From: Geosiphon pyriformis uo1
Taxonomy: Eukaryota; Fungi; Glomeromycota
Assembly: GCA_016748015.1 (NCBI GenBank)
Contig: JAAOMT010000197.1
Location: forward strand, 220,388-284,387
Length of the DNA: 64,000 nucleotides
Direction: 5' to 3'
Shown here one piece after another: positions 26,031-39,955 of this stretch. Each line of letters opens with the position of its first letter. Position 1 is the stretch's first letter. The translations under genes were made by a program, and so were the position numbers. The notes under the pieces are model-generated. The model ran no database searches and was not told the origin of the DNA. It was given only the letters and a program-made list of their open reading frames with translations.

Positions 26031-28188
26031 ATGATTCCTTCAGACTTACCTTGGGCTGAACCTTCGAGTCCGCCTCCTTCTTTTAAAGATAGCATAGATG
26101 GAGAAGAGGAATCTTATTTTCAGGTAGTTGAAAAATAGGTTTGAGTCCCCACTTTATTTAACACTTGAATTTCACAAGGATTAATTATTAATAATGTTTA
26201 ACTAATCAAATTAAAACTATAGTATAACTTCCCCATCGAGACAGCCCCCAAGTATTCACACTATGCTTCAATTAACGGGTCCGGTTTCGAACTTCAACCC
26301 CTTGGTAGAATAATAAAAACCAAAGAAAAATATCAATGTGGTGATCTTCTGGATGACCGTTATTTTTTACTTGGAACTAGCATGGGTTTGGAATGCATCG
26401 ATTTGTCAATGCCTCCCGACCAACAAGTTCCCAAGCGCTTGATCGAATTTGTAAGTTTTTTTCAGATTCAAATTTTGCCGGCGGGAGGATGTCTTTTATG
26501 TTTGGCTGGAAAAAACAGACATATGAGAACTTATGGGCTAGAGTCACTCAGGCTTTTGATATTAAGTAAATTGAGACCTCAATTGCTTCAAAAGTCAACA
26601 TTACAAGTGCACAGCAGGTCAGCAACTATTCAAAAAAAGCTATTTGATGATACCACAAGATTAATGATTAAAAACTCAAGTTTTGCAATTGCTAGAAAAA
26701 TCATTGAATTTCCATTATAGGAATCATGGGCGGGCAAAATCGATGGACTATGCTTTTCAGGATGACACATCTTCTGTTTCCTCAATATCCACAGCACGGC
26801 ATTCGACAGAATTAGGACTAAATTTACAGATTCCAGAGTTACCATTGAGGCGTATTTTTTCACTAGATAATTTGGATTCATCTGATTCCCCATTTTTACC
26901 TAATACACCAGTCCCTTCCAGGAATGAAACTAAAGAAAATTATAACGACGATAATGATGTGTCACATTTACTCTCAACAGATCTTCATACTATTCCCAAT
27001 CCGTCTTCAATTTCTCAATCAGTGGTCGACTTAATTAGTTCTATGACCCCAAATAGCCTTAGCTGTGATTCTAGTCTTAGCTTTGGTTCTAGCCCATTAT
27101 CTTCCACTAATTCTATAAGAACAACAACCGATCGTCTAAGAGGTCATGGTAGACATGCCAGTCATTCAAGCCCATTGAACCCTTCTTCAGCCAATAAATC
27201 CCTTCGAGACCTACCGATTCAATGTACTCTCGATTATATAAAACTTCCCGGCACTAGGATGAGCTTATCTTTCACGATAAGGAGCGGTCCGGCCAGAACT
27301 TACCTTGCTGTATTATCAAAACAGAATATATTTCTTTTTGAAGTTGATTATGGAAATACGACTCGAAGACCAGAATTCGTACATACCCGAACATATTGGT
27401 TACCGCAAACTCCCAAATTCTTGGAGATGTCGATTCATGGGGATAATTTGATAGATATTATCGCAATTTTTCAACAAGAAATTATATTGATTGGGGTAGA
27501 AGATTCCAGAATACGAGAAGTGGCAATAGATTCATTATTGCGTCCTATTGATAATGATTCCTCGTCTGTCGATAAACCTCCTACCTGGGAAACTTTTCAA
27601 CAGGTTCTTAAATTAATTAATTTTTTCGTCTTACCACTACTCTATTAAATTTTTTTTACTAATATTGTTCAAATTGGAAAGCTTCCGTTTCTGCCAATAA
27701 TCGATCCCAAATATGTAGCAGAAAGCTTTACTATTCCTCCCCCATATAATTTAATAATAAAAGAGGACCCAACAACAATGCTTAATCCAATACCAATCTT
27801 TGAATCAGGTAGCATTGATTCGTTGGAAGGCACTGGTGCACCATCCTTATTTTTTGCCACCTTTGGTTCGAAATCTTTGATTGTTGACGGTAAAAAGGGA
27901 CAACCATTCTTTACGCTGGTTTTCGAATGGTCGATTCCACCGCAACACGTTGAATTTATCAATGCAGCTGAAGAAGGTGGCGAATCATTTGTAGTTGGGT
28001 TTGGAAAGAATATGGTTGAAGTAAGGAGTTTTAATACAGGAAGACTAATCGAGAGTGTGGTCAGAGGGGTCCATGTGCAATTTTTGGCAAGTGGACGTGA
28101 TCATAGAGAGGTTCTATGGAGCTGTGCCTTTGATCGAGGGACTAAGGGAGTCTGTTTGTATAGGCTTGAAGGGCCGCATCAAATTTAA
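26031..28188 (+). CDS. CNH (citron homology)-domain protein with a Ser-rich insertion; 4 exons
   Basis: YFLLGTSMGL, LLCLAGKNRHMRTYGLESL, FEWSIPPQHV, VVGFGKNMVEVRSFNTGRLIE are CNH-like; introns at about 26124-26222, 26618-26720 and 27604-27681. Confidence 0.7.
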
Positions 28189-29422
28189 TGAAATATTCAG
28201 GGGAAGTAAGCATATTTTAAATCAAAATCATCTAGACATTTTTGGATTGTAATATCCTAACAAGATCCTGGCTTTAGATCTTCAGGATTAAAATCATAAT
28301 TTATAATACATCATTTAATTGTTTGTACCAATCGTACCTGTTTACAATAAACGCAGTGTGAAAATAAAATATTAACAAAATAAAAATATAAGGTAAAAGA
28401 GAGTATTTTGGTGAATTAAGGTATTGTGGCAAAGTTAGCGAAATAAATCCGCGTGCCTCATTTGAACAAGTGATACTAAATCCTATTTTGTAACATTAAT
28501 TGTTGGCTTTTTTGAAACTGTTTTCGATACTTGTTTTATAATTCTACACAGAAATACTATTAAAATTAGATAAAATTTCAGCGATTACTAGGCTCATAGA
28601 AAAAATATTCATTTTTAACTGGGGAAAGGTTCATCTTAATCATTTGTTTTGTGGAAATTACTTTTTGAAGTGCGTTGAAAATTTTAGCTTGCTTAAAAAA
28701 TGGGGTTATATATTTTAAATAAAATATAATATTATTAAATATTTAACAAAGCTTATAATTTATTTCAGTTAAAAAAAAAAGATAATATTAACAATTTGAA
28801 ATTTTTTTTTCACATTGATTAAAACAAAAAACTAAATAGATGGTTTTCAGTAATAAGAAAAGATTGTGAATAAAATAGAGTGGCTTTTTAACAAATTTTA
28901 AAAAAAATCAAAGGCCCAATATGTATGGTAAACATTAAGTAGTCTTAAAAAAATCAAAAAAACTCGTCGTATCCACATTTTAAAGAAAGTGATTTTGGTA
29001 GTTTTAAATTTTGATTTATTCATCGCAGATTGAGTACTTTAACAAAATAGGTAATCACATATTTTAGAAAGATACAGAAGAATAATCAATACTGAATGTT
29101 GCTCTCTAATTTCATAATTAAAGGAAAAGAAATAAAAAACTTAAAGTTTTTCTGATTGAAAATAGCCACAGCTAAACATAAATAACGAGAATTACCGAAA
29201 ATTGATTTTTGGCCAAGACAGCAATACTTGTTGCTAGGCTGGAAGCACTTCCTTCGATCAATTACCTTAATACACATAATAACCAGTATACATGTAATCG
29301 TAAAAGAATTCTATTGACTTAATTAAAAATCCATAGGAAATCAAATCGTCCAGCTGACAAAAAAACAAAATTAACATGTATATTTAAGCTTGACAAGACG
29401 CTAGAGTCATCAGCCATCGTTT

Positions 29423-30732
29423 CTAGCAAATTGAGGTAAATTTTTTTTTGACAAGTTTATCCTGATTTAGGAGCAACTTCAGTTCCTTGAACAGGTCTAT
29501 TCGTTCTTGTGGTTTCAAGACAACACGTCCACTTGTTGACATGATTGAAAAAACTTTTGTAGCATGATCCTCTTGATCTCCCGTCCCCCAGAGAATGGTA
29601 ATATCCTGTAATCCATACTTTTTAATATTTGGATTGCGGTCATGATGGATCATGAACGCATCAAATACGCATTTCCCAATAAAGCAAAGATATTTTGGTC
29701 GATACTTTTGAACTTTCTCAATAAGATTTGGAATTCTATCTATCATTTCATCTCGGGTTAGATCCTGCAAATCAACAAAATTAAAAATTTAAGTACTGAT
29801 AGGTGAGGAAGGATTTGTCAAAGAATAAAAAAATTGAGTTGAATTATCTATTCACCTGCGAAGATCTAGTCACCCGATTGACCACGTTTGTGATTCCTAG
29901 ATTGAAATCTCGAGGAAATCGGACGTCATCCTGGAACGTCACTTTCACCCCATTTGTTAGTCCTTTCGGAGTTAAGGATATGTGAGATAATTGTCGAAAA
30001 AACTCAATCACTCAATTTTTTATTTGATTAATCAAAGTTCTCGAATAGGAATTCAAATCCTCAAAAAACCAAGTTGCAAAAACCTTACCGCTTTCGACCA
30101 GACATGGGTAAAATTTGTTATTGGCTTTGGCGAAATGATGGCCAGCTGCGGAGCTTGCTACCCCAGGATTAATCCCGCAAAATAGGACTTTCGAGATTGT
30201 CATTAATTTTAGTGAATTTAAAATAATTAAAGAAATATCGATTAATATGATAAACCCAATAAAAATGATAAATCCAATAAAATCTCAAATAATATATTAC
30301 CATCCAAATCATGACCTATAACATCCGGTACAAGGGGCATCATCGATAGGTCTTCAGTATCAACAATGTTGTTGCCATCACGTTTTTTTCCTTGAAGTTT
30401 TTGCTTTTTCAATAAAGATCGAGATTTTCGTGGTACAATATAAGGTTGTAACTTTTTTCGTACTGTTACATCAACAGGAGAATTAATAACGGCCTTAGAC
30501 AACCGTCTCTGACTATGACTTGAGAAATGCGTTGGCGCCTGCCCAATTTTCAAACTTTTTGTTTATAATTTTGTGCATCATCAAAAAATCCGTAGATGAT
30601 GAATGGAAAATTTTAAGCGCTCACTTGAATAGAAGCTTGGGGATTCTTATTTTGATTATCATTACCATCAGCATGAAACGCAAACTTTTGTATCCGGTTC
30701 TTGAATTTTTCAAGTGTTGTTGGATTTGACAT
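29423..30732 (-). CDS. TDG: G/U(T) mismatch-specific DNA glycosylase (TDG/MUG, UDG family 2)
   Basis: VLFCGINPG..S...GHHFA.ANNKFY, GITNVVNRVT, KYRPKYLCFIGK, MSTSGR. Confidence 0.9.
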
Positions 30733-31037
30733 GATTATAATCGATGATGGTAAACAAAATATTATAACGTCTGATCATAAATTAGCAATTTTTTATTAAT
30801 AGGGACACGTGTGCCTCGAGTAGAGTTATAGGCTATTCTGTCTCCAATAACAACCAACTACTAAATTTTATTGATTAAACTCAAACACTCTGGTGGTAAT
30901 CGCTGCTAAATTTGTAATTAGCTCAAGTTTCGAGGAGCTGAAATCAAATTTAAAAGTATTCTGATAGATGGTACAGAATCAAAAAATTTATATCATTTTG
31001 ATTTATCCTCTTATCAAAAAATTTAAATATAACATTT

Positions 31038-32117
31038 TTACTCCTTTAATTTTTTAGGGTTACGTCTAATCCAGTTCATACACTGCAAGGGTGTTCGCGT
31101 TCCGACAACTTGGGAAACCTTTTTCCAAACATCACCATATGTTTTATGTGCCGTAATCACCAAATTAATTTCTTCCGGACTCCATTTATGAATTTTCTTA
31201 CCGGGACTAACTAGTGATGACCTCCAAATAAGAGTCCTCAATTGAGGTTTAGAGCGATTTGGAAAATGCTTCATTATTTCTTCCCAGTTGTCAGCACCAT
31301 ATTCAGAAATAACTTGAGCAAGTTTTTTCTTTTCTTCTAAATCGAAGCGATCAAGGGAGACATGAGACCTATGGATGTAACGGTAGTAATGATCTTTTAT
31401 GGCTGCAGCAGTTGTAAGGCCCAATATTCGGGCAATTTTTTTCCATTTTCGTCCAAATTCATCTGTTAATCGTTTCAATTTATCATTATCTTTCTGGGCC
31501 CATTTGTGATTAGGGTAGTTTCGTGTAGGTCGAGCGGCCATTAAAGAGTTTGATTTCGTTTGTATCTCTTGTAATTTGAAGATTTCTCGTTGTAGAATAT
31601 CTTCTGTTTTTTGTTGGAGGATTGATCGTTGCGTGATTTCTCTCATTTGTTGTTGTTGTTGAATTTCTCGTGGGTGGATTTCTTTCCATTTATATTCCAA
31701 TTGCTTTGGTGTCAGATTGGTACCTACAAAGAATTCCTTAACGATGCGCTCCCAGGCGTTTGTGCCACAAAGCTGAACAGCCGCCTTCAAAAAAAGCTCT
31801 TGTTCCTCTTACATTATCAAAACCTTTCTTAGATTCCAAATGTTCGGATCAAAATTTTAAAAAGATTGAAAAAGACATACTTATTACCTGTTAAGCTAAT
31901 AATCTCGTCTGATGAATTTGATTCTTCCATAGGACTCTTATCAAGATCTGAATGTTGACGTTGCTGGATTTCGTTCCACTTTTGCTTTAATATATTAGCG
32001 GAATAATTACAATTAAAATATTCTTTCGACATCAGATCCCAGTCGATTTCTCGTTTTGATGATGCGCAAGTGAAATTATGTACAGCGACTTGTATGGCGA
32101 ATTTGAAATTTTTTTCG

Positions 32118-32148
<31 letters not shown>

Positions 32149-32437
32149 TATCATAGTTGCCAATGTTAATTGATGATGTTGCCACTCCCGACCTACTATA
32201 ACATTTTTCTGTTTCTCCCAAGAGTGTTTGGTGACTCCATCGTTGCTTCAATTCTTCGGATGACCATTCACCATTGAAATAATCGTTAGCAATTATATTC
32301 CAATCGATATCCTTTCCATTTTTAAATGGATCTACAGCGACTTTTAAAGCAAAGTCGAGTTCATTAGGGTCGATCAACGATGATTCTTGTTGATTGACAA
32401 AAAGTTTTGAAATTTCTTGAAAAACATTCGAGGTCAT
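31038..32437 (-). CDS. Multi-repeat Myb/SANT DNA-binding protein, 2 exons
   Basis: Canonical repeats (KWAQKDNDKL...WKKIA; DNWEEI; KWSPEEI...WKKVSQVVGTRTPLQC) plus three divergent N-terminal Myb-like repeats; poly-Asp from (GAT)n near 32118-32152. Confidence 0.75.
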
Positions 32438-32932
32438 TTTCTGGAGCCCGCTGTTTTATTGTATCATGAATTTTCCATTATTACGTGAAGCCTTTTTAGG
32501 TCTCTTAAAACTAAATCATGTATAGTACTTAGTTATCTGAGTAATAAGGCAAGATGATTTGTGCCGATGGAGATTTTTTAGCAATTTTTGAATTAATCAT
32601 CTAGTGAGCGAGTCTCCTAGTGTAATAATCGTTAGTTCATTTTAGCAGTTTGTTTATTTCCTTGTGCAATCACAGACGAAAAATGAGTTTTCCCGGTCTG
32701 TTTAAATAACCAAAACTTTCTAATTATATCATTGTTTGCCTTTTTGTAATTTTTTAATAGTTGCACCTATTATACCAAATTTTATGATTGAAATGCTAGA
32801 ATTGAGGTTCCAAAATTTGAGAAATAAAATGTAAAGTTTGTGTCAAAAAACCCATGCAACTAAAAAATAAGAATGTTAATGAAAAATAATTCTATAATCA
32901 ATCATTTGTCGAACTCGAACTTCTAAGTTAGG

Positions 32933-35900
32933 TTAATTTCTTCGATGTCGTTTCCCGGCTAAATCGTTTATGTTATGACGTCCATCACAACATTCACGTA
33001 CATTCTCAAAATCCTCGTCCATATCGTCAACCATTGATAAGTCATCATCGTTACTAGTAGAAGGATGGTGGTGTTCATGCGCGAGTGGTGAAGGGGCGGG
33101 TTGCGTCGAAGAACCCTCACGACGAATTAGTGCCGAAAGTTTACTAAAGCTCGATTTCTTCTTTAGGTCTTGGGGTGGAAAGGATGCGGCACGAAGATTA
33201 TTGTTTGATGAAGAAGTTTGTTGAATGGTCCGCATATCTGACGATGGCTGATTTTCCCAAGGATCTGATGCCATTCTTGGGACGGCGGTTCCTGTTGCTG
33301 CATTATTACCTTGTGATTGATCGGTATCCGTACCTCTTTCTATTAAATAATTGAGTGCCTAGGAAAATTTTACCAATATTGAAAAGGTTAAGAATCAAGA
33401 AACTTGGAGACGGGAAAAGAAAATTCTTTTAATGTTTCAAATGCAACTCTTCACCTTTAACCAAATCTCGTGGCGCTCTTTCGTTGGAGCGGTGAATTTT
33501 ATTTCACGACCTGGAGTTTTTACCACTAAACTCATGTGATAAAGACCAGTTGGTGAGGGATTATGATCTACCACTGCTTTAACCGACTCAATATAGGCTA
33601 CTTGCATTGATAACATTGCTAATGAGAAAATGTAAAATTTTAATATTAATATAATCTTTAAAGATATTGTAAATAAAAATGAAAGATTTAAGAAATTTAC
33701 AATTCTTCGAAGATTTCGCGTCAGTCATGTCAGCACCACCAGGATCTTTGGTACTCCAATATAAAGTTCGAGTGTATGGGTGAACCCAAAAGAATCGTGG
33801 ATGGCGCTTTTCCGAAGTTCCTCCACCAAAATTGCGTCTCGTATACTTGTGTAAAAATTCACCCATCATTGTGAGTGTAATGGCTTGTACAGTACTTGGA
33901 TCTAGTCGAGGTCCACCACCGAATGGTGATTGTGAATCTTCAGCTTGTAAATTATTAGAATCTCTGTTTGGACCACGATCTGTGGATGAGACGGTAGAAC
34001 TGACGGTGCTTCCTGTTGAAATTGAACCAGAACTAGAGGTATGATGATGGAACCCTTCCTTGTTGCCACTAGTATCTCCTTCCTTTCCTTTCCCTTTTGA
34101 ATTAAGTCCTACCGTTTGGGGATTATCAATTGGTCGTTCTTCACTTATAGTTTTATCTTTCGGTGTCGGGGCAACATCAGGCGTAGGATGTGTTTGTGCA
34201 AAAGTCTCCAAAAGAGTTTGAGGGGGACCACTAGTTGGACGATCCGGAGGTGTTCGAAGTTCTTTCGATCGTTGAACGTTTTGTTCTTGTAATTGTGGAT
34301 TAGCTAAAGTATCATCTTTGGGGTTTTTCTGAATTGACCTAGAATTGGCTCCTAAGTCAAGGGTAAATCTTTTGTCAGCGAGATTGTTATTTTCACTGAT
34401 ATCTACTCAAAAAAGTAAAGGATATTTAGAATTCATATTTTATTCTAATTATTTGATTTTATTATGAAAACTTACCAGTAGACAGAGAGCTACTTGGTTT
34501 CAATAGTTCATCATCAATTGGTTTCTCAATACCAAATACTTTCAATTCTTCAATTGATCTTAGAACAGCAACTGAATCCGTTTGAACTCCTGTTTCCGTT
34601 AATGAAGACTGTGCCTTAAATTCAACAGGTAAAGTTTGGACTTCAACGCTTTTCAAAGAAACAAACGTTTCTCGTCTAATCTTGTTTGGTGTCGTTGCAT
34701 CATCAAGATTATCGACATTTTTCGATTGTCGCTTGTCCTTCAATGGGGATGAAGGTTCCTTATCAGTTAGAATGGAATCTCTGTGGTTTCCCCCATGAAA
34801 TTCGACTTGAGAGGCAGTTGATTCTCGTTGTGATAGAGCTGATTGGTAATCTTCAGAAGAATCATCATCTTCCGTGTCCATGGATTCTTTTATATTAGGA
34901 ATTGATGGTTTCCTCTTTGCAATACCTTCGTATATACTAATCGTTTTTTGAACTATTGAATTTCTCTTTGACATTTTTGGCCCAACTTGTACATCTTCGG
35001 TACCTGGCAAAGAATCGGGTTCCTCGAATATCTCCGATGTAATATTTTTCGGGCTATCAGAAGATGATGAATCAGATTTTAAAGCTTTTCCTGTATTAGT
35101 AAGATTTTCGAGTGCTTCATTACGAGCTGCATTGACTTCTTCAGTCCCTTGGAATGCAGTAGAATCAGATGGCTGAGCTTTATTTAGATGCTCATTTATG
35201 ATTGGTTCTGTGATCATTTCATCCACATCTATCAGTTCATCATCCTCTTCCGGAACGTCAGGTTCAGTGTAGCCAGATGAAGGGGGAAGAGAAACTCGAT
35301 TAGTTTTAGGCCTTGAATATCTTTTTTCGCGAGGAACTTGGAACCAGGCAGACGTGGGACGATTTGTTTTAATAATTTTATCATCCTCATCAGAGCCACG
35401 TTCTTCCATATATTCTTGAGGTTCCTCCATGATTGCGGTATCTTCGGCAATCCCTTTAAGACCATCCTGTGAGAAATTTGCACTATTTTTACGTTGAAGA
35501 ACAAGTGGCGCTTTAAAGTGTGGAGGAGGGAAAGAACTTTCTTCACGAAGCCTATCAATTTCCTCCTCACGATCACCAAGAAGATTCTTCAATTCTTCGT
35601 TTTCACTTTGTAGACTGCCATTCTTAACTTGAAGTACCTTAAATTCATCAGAAATTTGCTTCACAGCATCTGCAGCTTGTGGATTGAATTGATTAAGAGC
35701 GGGTAGAAACTTATCAACAATAGTGGCCAAATTTTCGCCATTCACCCCATCATCATATTTTTCTTCAGCAGGTTCCGTGTTTACAGGGAAATGAATAATT
35801 GACGGAGCCGTTGAAGCCATCTCATCTTTTCGTTTTAACTTGGTTTTCAAACTAATATTTTCTTGCTTAGATTCGTCGAGAGCCTGAGAAATGACTTGAT

Positions 35901-37527
35901 TTTCTTTTTTAAGATCATTATACGCTTTCTTGTGTGCTCTCGTTTGTCGATCATATTTCTGCTTTGATTCTGTCAGTTCACTGCTCAATTTGACCTCTCT
36001 GGCTTTCACATTTTCCAGTAGATCCGTAGAATCACTCAATTTCTTTTCCTGTAATTGAATCTCTTTTCGAAGTCTGGAAACTTCGATAGTTTGAGAGTCT
36101 TTTTCGGTATCGAGTGATTGTATTTTTACTTCTAATTCCCAAACTTGGGCCTTTAATGTTTCTATACAATTGAAGTATATTATTAGAATTGTGGTTCTTA
36201 TTGATTTTCAAATCTAGTGATATTTGATTAAATGATTGAAGCTTGCCGTGATTTTAAAAAGCGAATGCTTTGACAATTAAGAAAAAACTTTTCCAGATCA
36301 GTGAATATAAACGAAGAAAAAATAAATTTATTCGTGATTCATTGCCATTCTTGACCCAGAATAGTTTTTCCATCCCTCCCTGAACCCCCAAATGATTTTC
36401 TATACCTTCAGCCTCTTCCCTAGCACACAATTTCTTAGTCAACGACTCAATCGTCCGTTCCAACTCGGCTTTCTCAAACTCCAATTCTTTAATTTTTTCC
36501 TCTTTATCTTGTAACAAAGCTTGCAGCCGTTTAACCTCCTTCAATAAATTCTGACCAATTTCAGCCGCGAATTCAACATCATTGGTTCGATTCTGATTTC
36601 GAATTCGACGAGTTTGCGTTCGGGAGGCCGTTGCTGCTGGGGGTTCTGGTGTTAGTGCTTGATCCAAGACTGAGATGGGGATGGGGCTGGTCGATGAGGT
36701 TGCTCCAAGGGGGAGGGTGGAGTTTGTAATTGTTCCTTGCTGGTTTGGTCATTATTTAGAATGGAAAGGAAAATGAGAGATTATAAGAGATTAGTGAGTG
36801 AAAATGGGTGGGTTTTTTTTTGAGTTTAAGAATGTTTATAATATTTTTTTGTGAATAATTGATGATGCTTAACGGAAGCCTTCAAATTGATTGAAGTAAA
36901 AAACAATGTCCAAAATAATGGAAACTTCGAAGCAGGAAATGCTTAAATAATTCCATTTAAGGAATTTTGTTTCTTACGAGTGAATGTTAACAATCAAATC
37001 TAATAATTCCTTTTGGAATCCACCCTTCTTACTGATAACGTCAATACAAGGAAAAGCTATTTTCATGTTGAACCCTCGAGTCAATTATCAATAATCGGGT
37101 AAAGTTCTGACCAACTTAAACTCACCGAAGAAGCGCTCATAAACACATTTCGTGTCTCAGCATCTAAGGACATGGCTTCCTTCTCCAGTTGCGCCAGTTT
37201 ATTTTGCAATTCAGGCGAAATAACATCTCCTTGTGTTTCTTCCAACTCACGTATTCGCTGCTCAATCTGTTCTTTCTGTTGGACCAACTGTTGACCAAAC
37301 TCGGCTGTGACTCTAATCTGGTTCGATTTTTCTAATAATTGGTCTTGTAATTTTTTCTTTAGTTCCACTGGTGATTGATTATTCGCCATGTAAAGAGAAC
37401 GACGATTTGAGGGTGAACTTGTGCCGTCATTATTACTTGATACTCTAATACGTGGAGGGGTCGGTGGAATGTCTATATTATTATTATTAATATTGTTGTT
37501 GTTGCTGCCAGCACTTGTGCTAGCCAT
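32933..37527 (-). CDS. NUM1: Cortical dynein anchor Num1/ApsA/Mcp5 (coiled coil plus C-terminal PH domain)
   Basis: NDVEFAAEIGQNLLKEVKRLQALL coiled coil; PH domain ITLTMMGEFLHKYTRR...EKRHPRFFWVHPYTRTLYWS; C-terminal ENVRECCDGRH. Confidence 0.88.
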
Positions 37528-37859
37528 GGTTAATAGTTTTCACTCTATAGGTTTTTAAGATTTCTGGTTTTGATTAAATAATGTATAATTTAAACGAGGA
37601 AAAATCACACGAAGCCGTCGTCGTATTTTGATTCTGAATTCTTTGCCTTTGAAAAGTATTGCTATTTACTATTTTTGTTTCATGGATACTATTACATAGG
37701 ACAAAATTTCACGAACGAAAATCTGTGGGAAAGAAACGCAAGATAAATTTCATTCTTTTGATTTATGCGTTTATTTTCTCAAATTAACATAATTATAATT
37801 GGTTGAACTGTTACTGGTTAATCACAATGCATATTATTTATTTATTAATCGAGATTTGA

Positions 37860-38177
37860 GGAAGACTAAATGATAAAATTATTGGGAACACACAAAATTA
37901 AAATTAACTTGAATAAGAAATGTAATATTTATTTTAATAATATATATAATATTAAAGATTATAATATCCAAAAATTTTGAAAAAAATAATAATTTATAAA
38001 CATATTTTTTAAAATATAAAAATATAAAAATATTTATTAAAATTATTGTTAAAATAGTTTAATATTTTATAATATATTTTTAACATTATTTGTTATATTT
38101 GTCTAATTAACTAATTAATGTTTTTAATATAAAATATGTAATTTAAATTAAATTGAAAGATTATAAATATATATATA

Positions 38178-38230
<53 letters not shown>

Positions 38231-39200
38231 ATATAACTTAAATAATAAAGATTAATATATAATTTTTTATTAATTTATTAATTATTTTATATACATATAT
38301 GTAAATATATTGCATAAATTATTTATTTATAATAAAATTTTAAAATAATAAAATTTATAAAAATAGTTTTTTTTTTACTCATAAGCTTAATTATGAATTT
38401 AAATAAAAATTAAATAAAAAAATTCAAATTTATAAAAAACTTTTTTATTTAAATTGAATATAAATTTAGTAAAAATTCATAAAATTAAATATATATATAT
38501 ATACTTATTTATTTATTTATTAATTAATTAAAAACAAACAAAACAAAACAATATAACAATTATTTTAATTATAATATATATTTTAATTTTATAAAATTTT
38601 TTTGTCAATAATTATTGGCTATTTTAAAAATGAGTTTTAATTTATTGATTGATAATGATCAAATCATTTTATTTTAATCAGTTTAATAATAAATTACCAT
38701 TTTTTTTTTCAAAATCATGATAATCTTATATAAAATCTATTTATAAAAATAAATTATCTATATATAACAAAAAGTGTAATTATTAATGTTTAAAAAAAAT
38801 TTATGCGACTTGAGTTTCATTTTTACTTTTTGTTTACATTCTTTTGATTTAATTGGTTAATTCTCGCATTCGCTAATAAAAATAAACAATAGACTAACAA
38901 GCAGGGAATAGATGTTATTTCAAATGTTAAAAAAAAAATTGGAAATTTCCTAATTTCTAATTGTGAATTTTAAATTCGTTTGAAAAAATGATATTCAATT
39001 CTTTTTTTTTTTCTTTCAAGATTTTTAATAAATATTCTATCTATTAACTGATCTATTCTTTTTGACCATACTTATCATGTTAATAAAAATGAATATCAAT
39101 ATTTTGAAGAGAAATTTACTAATTAAAAATTTCCCATCAATAGGAAAAACAAATGATAATAATAAAAAAGCCAAGGATTTTTAAAAAAAAAGTCTTTTGT
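37860..39200. other. Extremely A+T-rich intergenic tract
   Basis: Almost no G/C, no ORFs. Confidence 0.85.
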
Positions 39201-39955
39201 TTTTTAAAATTGGGGATCACAACCACGCATGCATGGATTTTTTTGGTTTATTTATAAAAACAGCAACTATCCCATTTTTTTGACATGAAATGATTGGTTC
39301 TTTGGTGGAAAGAATTAGGCCCTTCTTACATAATGAAATATCCAAATTTGTGGCACAGGGCACAAGTGCTGACCCTTCACAATACCCGAACCAATGAGTG
39401 ATCGCCGGCAAGTCTCCAAGCCTTCTAACGTCTTCAAGAGTGTCAACAGGACTTTAGTCGATAGTACAAGTTAGTAATACTTCTACCTTATCGGTTAAAG
39501 GCTCGTTAACGTTCCAGTCTGTCATTCTCTTTTTTTATGGTTTCCATTCCGCGTGTAATACCAGCAAGGTTTTGAGAATTTAAAGTAACCAAGCAACATT
39601 CAGTGTAAGTACCTGGAATTCAAACTTTTTGAACCGTTCTACACCCAAGTCATAAATGTACCTAAAATACTTTTACAAGAATGATTTCAAAAAAAAATCT
39701 CCTTTGATGTTTGCAATTTAACCTCACCAACTTTCTTCAATCATAAACCCCATCAATAGACGTTCACGAACAGCTCGAGGGAAAGTCAAACTTGTGTTGT
39801 TTCTTTCAACCTATTCTCTCCCTCTTTCTCTCATTTCCCTCGCTGGTTAATTCGTTTTAGTAACATTAAATAACCGACAGGAAACCCATCTATAACTCAA
39901 ACAACTCTTATACATACAAACAGTCCCTGAATTCAACTACACCTGAAAATAAGCA

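Noticed and set aside
26618-26720. Apparent programmed frameshift between overlapping ORFs 26382-26720 and 26683-27648
   Set aside because: A canonical AG|GTCAGC...TTATAG|G intron restores the frame (HSR-NHGRAK)
29963-30088. U12-type intron in TDG (TCCTTAAC branch 8 nt upstream of the intron end)
   Set aside because: The donor is U2-type GTAAGG, not GTATCCTT; at most a converted relic and plausible by chance
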